64,000 bases of DNA from Bacteroidaceae bacterium (GTDB lineage Bacteria; Bacteroidota; Bacteroidia; Bacteroidales; Bacteroidaceae): positions 49,286 through 113,285 of the forward strand of contig JAFXVZ010000048.1 of the NCBI GenBank assembly GCA_017534535.1, given 5' to 3'. Positions 1 to 8,247 of the stretch are shown one piece after another. The notes under the pieces were generated by a model that was not told the origin of the DNA, did no database searches, and saw nothing but the letters and a program-made list of their open reading frames with translations. Every line of letters starts with the position of its first letter. Positions within the stretch are counted from its first letter, which is position 1. Position numbers and translations under genes: made by a program.

Positions 1-1
1 C

Positions 2-913
2 ATTAAATTGGTCATTACCGGTGAAGGCTTCTCTGACAGGCTAATTGCGAATGGCACTTTTGACAACTATGTGGAAAGGGCAGTGGAGTATTTCTTCGAC
101 ATAGAGCCATACACATCTTTTAGGGCTTATTTTGATGTGTATAGTGTCACCGCTGTTTCTAAGAATGATGTTGTGGGTGCAGACACTTCATTCGGAATGA
201 AAGTTTCTGGCGATAAATATATTTTCAATGTTGATAATGTTGCCAATTTCCTGAAGAGAAGCATGAAATCTAATGGCGTGGACAATGTAACGACACTTGT
301 GATAGTGAATGATGCCGTTAGTGGAGGAAGGGTGTCATGTAAGATGTTCTCCGATGGATTCTCGGTTGGTCTTTGCACCGTTTCAGAAGATATGATGGAG
401 GAAATTAACCATGAGATTGGTGGCCATGGCTTCGGTCACTTGGCTGATGAATATTGGAATGATGACCAGTCGGGTTCAACATTCCCATTAAGTCAGCATA
501 GCAATCTTGATGGAATGCATGCTATTGGATGGTATCTGAATGTTGATTATCAAAACGACCCATCGAAGGTGCTTTGGTCTGACTTTATTAGCGATCCTGC
601 TTATGCTGCAGAAAGGATTGGTGTGTATGAAGGTGGCTATGCCAACTTTACATACGGTATCTACAGACCCACAGAGAACAGTATCATGAGGGATAATGTG
701 GGTGAGTACAATGCCCCCAGTCGTTGGGCTATCTATCAGCGACTGATGGATTTGGCTGGTGAGTCATATAGCTTTGCTTCATTCCTGGAATATGACAAGA
801 AGAATTTGGCTAATACCAGGAATTTTGTGGAGAGGGCTGCATCTAACAAGGTAAAGCATGGAGTGCCTCCAGTGTTTTACAACTATCCATCAACTGAGAT
901 TGGTAAACGATGA
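2..913 (+). CDS. M64-family (IgA peptidase-like) metallopeptidase, 5'-truncated by the window edge
   Basis: GEGF motif, EPY..FRAYF, HEIGGHGFGHLADEY zinc site, YEGG and YRPTENSIM motifs; frame is open to the window start. Confidence 0.85.
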   Translation: MKLVITGEGFSDRLIANGTFDNYVERAVEYFFDIEPYTSFRAYFDVYSVTAVSKNDVVGADTSFGMKVSGDKYIFNVDNVANFLKRSMKSNGVDNVTTLVIVNDAVSGGRVSCKMFSDGFSVGLCTVSEDMMEEINHEIGGHGFGHLADEYWNDDQSGSTFPLSQHSNLDGMHAIGWYLNVDYQNDPSKVLWSDFISDPAYAAERIGVYEGGYANFTYGIYRPTENSIMRDNVGEYNAPSRWAIYQRLMDLAGESYSFASFLEYDKKNLANTRNFVERAASNKVKHGVPPVFYNYPSTEIGKR

Positions 914-943
914 ACAAACTTTCGTGGTTTGAATCCATAAACA

Positions 944-979
944 GCATCGGCATTCATTTTTCAACGTGAATGCCGATGT
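944..979. terminator. Bidirectional intrinsic terminator between convergent M64 genes
   Basis: gcatcggcattca...tgaatgccgatgt stem flanked by A-rich and T-rich tracts. Confidence 0.8.
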
Positions 980-988
980 TTTTTCTCT

Positions 989-2989
989 TTATTCATTCTC
1001 CATCAGTACAGGTGGGGGGAGGGGAGGTAAGATGTCATTAGGTGCTGAGTGCAAAAATAGGCGGGGTGCCAGAGAGGTATCGTTGTAGCGGATACCTTCT
1101 GGTACGAAGATGGTAGTGAGCTTGCCCTCGGTACCGGCAAATTGTACACCTGCCTGGATGTTGATGTACTGGTTATCGTTGGCAATAAAGTCATCGTAGG
1201 TGAAAGGTTCCTGTGCCAAGTCGTGTATGCGCTTGGCAATGAGGTAACGTTGCCAGGCACTGAAGTATGGACGGTTGTCGTCCATGCAACTCACCTCTTC
1301 TGAACGCCAAATGCCTTTGCCATATGCTCCATAGCCACCTTCATAAGTGCCCACATGCAGGAACTTGCCTGTTTGCATGATACCCTGAGTATTTGGGATG
1401 AAGTCGCTCCAGAGTAGGTTGTTCTCTTTGTCTGCTGTGACATTCAATCCATAAGGTACTGGTAAGTTGTGACCAGGGATGGTTTTGCCAGTATATGTAG
1501 CACTGCCTATGTATTCGTCAGCCAGCCTGCCGAACATGTGGCCACCGGCTTCGTGCAGGGCGGTGTTCAGCCATGTCCCTTCGCAGGTAACCTTGCTACT
1601 ACCATTACCTGACCATTTTAAGTTACTCCCATCGCTTCTTTGGGTGACGGGCACCATCGCATAAGATTTTCCATAGCTCCAGTAGAAACTGATACCTGCA
1701 TAACGGCTATCGTTTATCAACATGATAATACCCGTCTCGTCGATGCTGACCTTTCTGCTCAGAATGTCAGGGTTATGCGCTTCCACGAAAGAGAATACTC
1801 TTTGCGAGTTGGCTTTCATGTTGTTGAAAGAATTGAGTGCCCATCCTGCATCGAAGAATGTGTTTACATATGAGCCCGTATCAGTTACATCTGCCCCTTC
1901 TTCTTCGGAAACGGCATCGAGAATATGTATATTAAAATAACTTTGGTATTGGTTGAATGGCTCTACATCGAATATGAAGTCTAACATTTCCGTCGCACGG
2001 GAGTGATAATCTGCCAGTTGGTCACGGGTAAAGCCTTCTGGAATTACCACCCACGAAACAGGGTGATTGCTGTTGTTAACCGAGTATTGCATCGCCCAAC
2101 CATTGGTATAGTCATCACTATCAACTTGGATGGTACCCAGGTTCAGCATCTCTGAAGGATGAAGGTTTGCGGCGTTCAAACCACTGAGGGTGTACTCCTT
2201 TCCCTCATCGTTAAACATCGACAGAGTGAATCCTTTGGGCATTTCCGTGGGCGCGCATAAAATATAATAGGTGTGCAACTCTTCGAAATCGCCAACCAAC
2301 TCCACATAGTTGTTGTCTTCTACTGTGAAGATATCTCCATCATCGACGTTTACAAGCATCTCTCCAGACAGGTAAACCGCTTGGTTGTCGGCGTCATTGT
2401 TGGCAGTCAGTCTTACTCTTTTCAGGTTTCCCACACCAGAGCCAGTTACTTCAAATTTTATCAGCGAGCAGAGGTTATGGAACAGCAGGTTTCTGATATC
2501 TCCACCTTCTGTCTTTGCGTATGAAATATTCAGTTGATTCTCTATGCCATCTGGGATAGCGACTTGACTTGACGGAAGCAATATATTCACTGCATAACGC
2601 TTCTCACTTTCATCATCGTAATAGGCTACTAACCCTTGGGTTTGCTCTGCTGGATAGAAGGCATAGAAATCGGCATCTGTCTGTATAGGGTTATCGCTGC
2701 TAAAGGTAACGCAAGCACCAGTCTCTTGGGTGGTGAATACCTCCGAGTGATAGCCACCGCTCTTAGAATTTCCAAACACCCTAACTTTGTCTCCTGCAGT
2801 CCAGAGAACGCTTCTGCCTTCCAACTGTGTACGAGTTGAGGCTTCATCAAATAGGGCATTGAACTGCTGCAAAGTTAGCGTTTGTGCAATAGGCTTTATC
2901 TCAGCAAGGGCATAGGATTCTTCCAACCTATTCTCGCATGCTGAGCATAATAGCAGTATTGCCCATCCTATGGCAGCAGTTTTTTTCAT
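989..2989 (-). CDS. Lipoprotein with a fimbrillin/type V pilin-like N-terminal domain and an M64 metallopeptidase domain
   Basis: Lipobox LCSAC; STRTQL...WTAGDKVRVF pilin-like motif; HEAGGHMFGRLADEY; SCMDDNRPYF. Confidence 0.8.
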   Translation of the reverse strand: MKKTAAIGWAILLLCSACENRLEESYALAEIKPIAQTLTLQQFNALFDEASTRTQLEGRSVLWTAGDKVRVFGNSKSGGYHSEVFTTQETGACVTFSSDNPIQTDADFYAFYPAEQTQGLVAYYDDESEKRYAVNILLPSSQVAIPDGIENQLNISYAKTEGGDIRNLLFHNLCSLIKFEVTGSGVGNLKRVRLTANNDADNQAVYLSGEMLVNVDDGDIFTVEDNNYVELVGDFEELHTYYILCAPTEMPKGFTLSMFNDEGKEYTLSGLNAANLHPSEMLNLGTIQVDSDDYTNGWAMQYSVNNSNHPVSWVVIPEGFTRDQLADYHSRATEMLDFIFDVEPFNQYQSYFNIHILDAVSEEEGADVTDTGSYVNTFFDAGWALNSFNNMKANSQRVFSFVEAHNPDILSRKVSIDETGIIMLINDSRYAGISFYWSYGKSYAMVPVTQRSDGSNLKWSGNGSSKVTCEGTWLNTALHEAGGHMFGRLADEYIGSATYTGKTIPGHNLPVPYGLNVTADKENNLLWSDFIPNTQGIMQTGKFLHVGTYEGGYGAYGKGIWRSEEVSCMDDNRPYFSAWQRYLIAKRIHDLAQEPFTYDDFIANDNQYINIQAGVQFAGTEGKLTTIFVPEGIRYNDTSLAPRLFLHSAPNDILPPLPPPVLMENE

Positions 2990-3063
2990 TATTTTTTTTT
3001 ATAAATGTATTGGCTGTCGAAGCCAAAGCCGCGACAGCCAATCATCATTAATCAATTAGTGTT

Positions 3064-5091
3064 TCAATTCAATGTTGAAATAACAGTTTTGAATGCCTTA
3101 CCCACTTCATGCAGCACCGGTGGAGCTGATGGGGGCATAGGCGTCACTGGACTTTCTACATAGTTGGCTGGAGCACTCGATGCATTGTAAATTGGATTCA
3201 GACCATCGAATGAGGTAGTAAGCAACCCTTCAGTACCTGCAAACTCAGCACCATTCTGGATATCCTTGTACTGCTTATCGTTAGCCAGGAAGGTGTTATA
3301 GTCGAATGGCTCTCCCACAATGTCAAAGATGCGTTGTACAATCAGGTAGCGTTGATAAGCACTGAAGTAAGCACGATTGTCATCCATACAGCTGATTTCC
3401 TCAGAACGCCAGATGCTCTTGCCATAACCCATACCACCTTCATACAACCCTGCATACGGGAACTTGCCTGTTTCCACATTACCTGGAGTTGATGGAATCA
3501 TCATCGACCATTGTGGATTGTTTTTATTCGCCGTAACATTCAACTCGTATGGAACTGGCCAAGAGTGCGGACCAATGGTTGTGCTTGGATAAGTACTGTT
3601 GTTATTATACCAATACTCATCACCAAAACGTCCGAAGCAATGACCTCCGCCTTCATGCAAAGCAGTATTCATCCAAGTACCTGTGTTGGTAATACCCCTC
3701 GCATTGTTATTTCCCTCCCAAACTAAACCACTGGAACCTAAGTTGTTCAAGGACGTTGGAACGATGGTATAGCCCGATCCATCAGAGAACGCATGGCAAA
3801 TGCCACCACTACGGGTGTCGTTCACAATCATGATGATAGGTGTCTGGGTAAGGTCAGCATCTCCATTCTTGATGTCAGGGCAATTCTCTTTCACAAACGC
3901 ATTGACAGTTGCAAGATTGGCAGCCATATTGCTATAGTCATCCCTGTCCCAACCAGCACCGAAATAGGTGTTCTTGTCAATATGTTCATCAATCACGTCT
4001 GCTCCTGACTCTGCAGAAGCAACAGGAATGATGTAGATATTAAAGTAATCCTTATAGGTCTTGTATGGCTCCACAGAGAAGAAGAAGTCCAGCATCCTTG
4101 TAGCCTGTTGATTGAAAAGGTTCAGCTCGTCAGCTGTATAACCTTCAGCAATCACCACGAAAGGCACCGCCTTTGTTCTGGATGACTTGTGATATATCGT
4201 CATTTCTCCATTGATGACAAAGTCACTTGTCTCAACATTGATTTCGCCTAAGTTAAGGATTTCGCCTGCTTTCAGTTCTGCATTCTTATTGGCGTACTTC
4301 ACATACTCTTTGCCGTCTTTGTCGATGAAAGTCATGGAGAAACCATTGGGCATTGAAACAGGAGCGGTTACCATATAATAAGAGGTGTTAGCAACGAACT
4401 CGCCCGTCAGCTCTACATAGCTACCTTCACCATTCATCTGAATGAATTCACCATTACTGGTATCCAGTAAAAGTTCACCACTCAATGGAGGGGTGTCTCC
4501 CATACTTGCCTCAGGAATAATCCTAATCTTAGCCAGGTTGCTTATGGCAGAGCCTGTTAACTGGAATTTAATCAGCGCATTTACATTCTTGAAAGACAAG
4601 TCCAAGGAAGTGGTATGAGCAAAACCTAAGTTCAAGTCATCTGCGAAGGTGTTGGCATTTGCCAGCTGGGTGGTAGGGATAGTCATACCAAAAGCAGATT
4701 GAGACTCACTCAACAGATATATACCCGATGAGACAGCAGAACTTGGATATAAGGCATAATATTCGTCAACTGCAATGACAGACCCCGTAATCTTCACCGT
4801 ATAGCCATCTTTATCAGCAGTGAAAGTCGTTGCATTTCCCGTATATATGCTTTCGCCTTCGGCAGGGATAACTGTTATTTGGTCGCCTGCCAACCACTTT
4901 ACTTTCTTGCCATCGACAAGCTCGGTGCGTGTGTCAACATTATCTGCAAACACTGCTTGGAAGCTGGTTATCACGTTTTTGGTAGCAGCTTCCAGTTCCT
5001 GCGTATTATCCAATGACTGGATAAAAGCATACTCCTCGCTCTGGCAAGCAGCCAAAGCGAGGAGAGTTAAAGTGTAAAGCGTTTTCTTCAT
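3064..5091 (-). CDS. Paralogous lipoprotein with a fimbrillin-like domain and an M64 metallopeptidase domain
   Basis: Lipobox LAAC followed by QSEE; DTRTEL...WLAGDQITVI; HEGGGHCFGRFGDEY; SCMDDNRAYF. Confidence 0.8.
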   Translation of the reverse strand: MKKTLYTLTLLALAACQSEEYAFIQSLDNTQELEAATKNVITSFQAVFADNVDTRTELVDGKKVKWLAGDQITVIPAEGESIYTGNATTFTADKDGYTVKITGSVIAVDEYYALYPSSAVSSGIYLLSESQSAFGMTIPTTQLANANTFADDLNLGFAHTTSLDLSFKNVNALIKFQLTGSAISNLAKIRIIPEASMGDTPPLSGELLLDTSNGEFIQMNGEGSYVELTGEFVANTSYYMVTAPVSMPNGFSMTFIDKDGKEYVKYANKNAELKAGEILNLGEINVETSDFVINGEMTIYHKSSRTKAVPFVVIAEGYTADELNLFNQQATRMLDFFFSVEPYKTYKDYFNIYIIPVASAESGADVIDEHIDKNTYFGAGWDRDDYSNMAANLATVNAFVKENCPDIKNGDADLTQTPIIMIVNDTRSGGICHAFSDGSGYTIVPTSLNNLGSSGLVWEGNNNARGITNTGTWMNTALHEGGGHCFGRFGDEYWYNNNSTYPSTTIGPHSWPVPYELNVTANKNNPQWSMMIPSTPGNVETGKFPYAGLYEGGMGYGKSIWRSEEISCMDDNRAYFSAYQRYLIVQRIFDIVGEPFDYNTFLANDKQYKDIQNGAEFAGTEGLLTTSFDGLNPIYNASSAPANYVESPVTPMPPSAPPVLHEVGKAFKTVISTLN

Positions 5092-5116
5092 TGTCGCACG
5101 CCTTTATGGATGATAA

Positions 5117-6832
5117 TTACCATCCGTAATTGGTTTCAGTAAAGTCCTCTATAGTAGCTTTAGGAGCAGATACAGTACCATCATCGATGGTGATATCCTC
5201 ATCTTGCTGGCTTTCTATATCTTTCATTACAAGATTCAGCCAGCGTGCTAATTCCTGCATTGCCTGAGTTACTTCACCTGTCAGCTTGTTGCCTTGCACC
5301 AACAATTTCTTCAATGTTGGAATCTCAGGCAAATCAATGAAGAACCATTTTGCGAAGTCACCAGTAAAGTTATTATAGGCAATATCTAATTCTTCCAAAG
5401 CCATAAGTTTACCTATCCACAGAGGGAGATCGCCTGAAAGTGAGTTGTCATATAACCACAGATATTTCAGCTGCTTTAAGTTGCCAAGGGTAGAAGGTAA
5501 TTCACCACTTAATTGGTTGGCACCTAAATTTAATTTAATCAATTTTGTCAGGTTACCAATGGTCGTAGGGATGGCAGTAGCCAAAGTCGGAGCCATAGAT
5601 GAACCTGCTTCTTCAGCTGTTTTGGGGGCACCAGAGACAACTGCACTAGTCAGGTTGTTGCCAGATAGATCTAATAAGGTCAGATAAGTTAAATCACCAA
5701 TACTTTCTGGGATTGTACCGGTTAAGCCCATGCTAGAAAGGTCAATTTCTGTAATGTGACCATCAGCATCTACCGTTACACCTGTCGCACCATCAAAATC
5801 AGCTTCACTTGTAGCACCCAATGGCCAGTCACTAAGTGCAGATGGTTTACCAAATGCTACATACAGGTCGTTCATAGCAGCAACAGCCTTATTTGTTTCA
5901 GAGCCCTTGAGGGTGATAGGATTACTTGTAGAAGGACCACGACGGAAACGCATATACTTACCCTGATATTTAGTAAAGTCGTATCCAGAAGCGAAGAGTA
6001 CAGTTTCGTACACTTTGTTATCAGACGTTACTATTTCAGCAGTAAGTTTACTGCCAGTAAAATCTCGAGGCAGTACCCACATGTAGAAATTAGACTCAAC
6101 GTTAGCTGTAACAGCTATGTTGTCCAGCTTAAGAGAGACACTCTGGGATTCCATGGTAGGCTTGAATGTAGGTGTAAGACCAGAGATGTCAAGGTTGGCC
6201 TGCGTAATAAAAGGAGTGTCGCTTGACACCAAGCGGATTTCTGTTAATGTTGCGTCAACAGGCATGGTAAAAGGCATATAGATAATGGTACCCATATAAC
6301 CTACCTTGAAATCCAGAGAAGGCCCCGTGGCTGTGATAGCCTCATTTGAAGCGAAATAGTTGAAAGCGTTCAAGTGAGAGTAGTCGTTAGCCTTCTTTTG
6401 ATTCTGGCCAATGTAATTCATTGGAAGTGCAGTCTTATCCCTGTTGTAATAGTTGTATGGATAATACACTGCATAGGTATATCCGGTCTTTAAAGCCCAG
6501 CCACCACCATCGAATTCTGCACTGTTGGAGCCAACAAATGCTTCATCGATAGGGAAGTCCACCTGTGCACCCTTGTTAGGGAACACACCCAAGACATCGC
6601 CACTTGACCATCCAAAACCAAATGCGTCAGTTTCTTCCTTATAGGTAAACTCTGCACGGGTTTCTGCATCATCGAAACTAACGATTTCCATGTCAGGAAG
6701 GGTGACAGTAATGTGCTCCACCTCCTGTCCTATAACTGGACTATTGGTGTCGTCAACCAAATCATCGCTGCTACAAGCTGCTAAGAAAGCAGCTGATGCG
6801 ATAACGGATAAAAAGAGTACATTTTTTTTCAT
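5117..6832 (-). CDS. Fimbrillin/type V pilin-like lipoprotein with leucine-rich repeats
   Basis: Lipobox LAAC followed by SSDD; ETRA...WSSGDVLGVF; YAVYYPY; LRRs of the LxGxIPxxIGxLxxL type; C-terminal ATIEDFTETNYGW. Confidence 0.75.
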   Translation of the reverse strand: MKKNVLFLSVIASAAFLAACSSDDLVDDTNSPVIGQEVEHITVTLPDMEIVSFDDAETRAEFTYKEETDAFGFGWSSGDVLGVFPNKGAQVDFPIDEAFVGSNSAEFDGGGWALKTGYTYAVYYPYNYYNRDKTALPMNYIGQNQKKANDYSHLNAFNYFASNEAITATGPSLDFKVGYMGTIIYMPFTMPVDATLTEIRLVSSDTPFITQANLDISGLTPTFKPTMESQSVSLKLDNIAVTANVESNFYMWVLPRDFTGSKLTAEIVTSDNKVYETVLFASGYDFTKYQGKYMRFRRGPSTSNPITLKGSETNKAVAAMNDLYVAFGKPSALSDWPLGATSEADFDGATGVTVDADGHITEIDLSSMGLTGTIPESIGDLTYLTLLDLSGNNLTSAVVSGAPKTAEEAGSSMAPTLATAIPTTIGNLTKLIKLNLGANQLSGELPSTLGNLKQLKYLWLYDNSLSGDLPLWIGKLMALEELDIAYNNFTGDFAKWFFIDLPEIPTLKKLLVQGNKLTGEVTQAMQELARWLNLVMKDIESQQDEDITIDDGTVSAPKATIEDFTETNYGW

Positions 6833-6866
6833 AATATCTATTTTTTAGTTTTTATTATCGGACTTA

Positions 6867-6900
6867 AAGCGGACTCATCCTTTGCAGAAATCGTCCGCTT
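6867..6900 (-). other. Intergenic stem-loop just downstream of the peptide gene
   Basis: aagcggac (6867-6874) pairs with gtccgctt (6893-6900). Confidence 0.5.
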
Positions 6901-6918
6901 ATATTAGTTAGGCGGTTG

Positions 6919-7026
6919 TTAAAAATCGTCACCACCAATATCCTCAGCAGTACCTGCCAGGATGACATCCTCTAACTCCATCTTGATTTCCTTTACAACA
7001 GGAGCTTCGTAATCTTCTTTTCTCAT
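6919..7026 (-). CDS. 35-aa putative RiPP precursor peptide MRKEDYEAPVVKEIKMELEDVILAGTAEDIGGDDF
   Basis: ATG at 7026 in an A-rich context; YxxP motif like RRE-binding lasso leaders; next to kinase, PqqD, nucleotidyltransferase and ABC genes. Confidence 0.75.
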   Translation of the reverse strand: MRKEDYEAPVVKEIKMELEDVILAGTAEDIGGDDF

Positions 7027-7252
7027 TTTAGTACTAAAATTGCGCATACTGATTCCCTGTGGTATGCAGTTAATAATATATAATGGTGTGGGAACCTTAC
7101 CTTTCATCTGTCAATCAAGGAAGTAGGCCTATAACTTCATTTGACAAGGACGGATAAACACCATTCTTTTTTTCATTTCTTCAAATAACAATCTTCCGCA
7201 TTGGGCTTTTATCTACACACGCAGAACCACCCCATAAGGGTACTTGTCGGGA

Positions 7253-7260
7253 CAAAGTTA
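7253..7260 (-). promoter_or_regulatory. Bacteroidetes sigma-A -7 element for the peptide/pilin operon
   Basis: TAACTTTG on the minus strand matches TAnnTTTG. Confidence 0.6.
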
Positions 7261-7358
7261 AAAACTTCTTTTGTCTTTTGCAAGTTATTGGCATCTTTTT
7301 TTCTTGATTTGAGGGATTTTTTTTGGGTGTTGAGTATTTTTTTTGTAATTTCGCAGCC

Positions 7359-8246
7359 ATGAGAAAACAAGCAAAATATTACCAAGTGGCCGGATTGACG
7401 TTCGGCGTGGAGTTTGGTGAAGGTTTGGAACTGGAGGGTAAGCTGCAGGCATACGAGCCTTTTGAGACAGCTTTGGCTGAAGAACCGCTCTTCTTGTTAT
7501 CTTTTGAGAGGGTTGAAGATGGTTTGCAGGTTGTGGATTGGAAGAAACTAATCAGTTCAGATGAATCTGGCTCTATGGTGGAGATTTATGTTGACTCTGA
7601 TAATAATTATCATTATGTGGACCGACTAATAAGGAAACCTAACATGTGGTTGTGTGTTGACTTTACTCGTGAAATGTATAAGGCACATTGCCGATCTTGT
7701 GGTGATGCAGGCTTCCAGTTATATGCACTCAACAATGCCTTGATGCTGATGTTTGCGCTAAGTAGTGCTCACAAAGATACCCTGCTGTTCCACTCATCGG
7801 TGGTGATGCTTGAGGGCAAGGGATATATGTTCTTGGGCAAGAGCGGAACAGGAAAGAGTACGCATAGTAAGTTGTGGTTGAATCATATAGCAGGTAGCGA
7901 ACTGCTGAATGACGACAACCCTGTGGTAAGGATCATTAACGGAAAACCTTGGGTGTTTGGCTCTCCTTGGAGCGGCAAGACGCCTTGCTATCAAAATAAG
8001 TCGGTTCCTGTGGGAGGTTTTGTGAGATTGTGGCAGGCTCCCGTAAATGAAATCAAGCGGCTGGACATTTTGCAGGCTTATGCCGCATTATTGCCTACGG
8101 TTTCATCTATGAGGTGGGAGGCTTGGTGTGCTGACCCTATTAATTCCACCTTGAACAGGCTGATACAAGCAGTGCCTGTGTTTAGCTTGAGAAATCGCCC
8201 AGAAGAAGCTGCGGCATTAATGAGTTTCAATGCTTTGACGCATTAA
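7359..8246 (+). CDS. HPr-kinase/PEPCK-like P-loop kinase of the type found in lasso-peptide clusters
   Basis: LLFHSS, Walker A GKSGTGKST, LLNDD and GSPWSGK motifs; likely start ATG 7359 just after TAATTTCG (ORF track starts at 7323). Confidence 0.75.
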   Translation: MRKQAKYYQVAGLTFGVEFGEGLELEGKLQAYEPFETALAEEPLFLLSFERVEDGLQVVDWKKLISSDESGSMVEIYVDSDNNYHYVDRLIRKPNMWLCVDFTREMYKAHCRSCGDAGFQLYALNNALMLMFALSSAHKDTLLFHSSVVMLEGKGYMFLGKSGTGKSTHSKLWLNHIAGSELLNDDNPVVRIINGKPWVFGSPWSGKTPCYQNKSVPVGGFVRLWQAPVNEIKRLDILQAYAALLPTVSSMRWEAWCADPINSTLNRLIQAVPVFSLRNRPEEAAALMSFNALTH

Positions 8247-8247
8247 T

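Noticed and set aside
6919-7107. 62-aa version of the peptide ORF
   Set aside because: The upstream part overlaps leader hairpins; the ATG at 7026 has an A-rich context and places the YxxP motif near the N-terminus.
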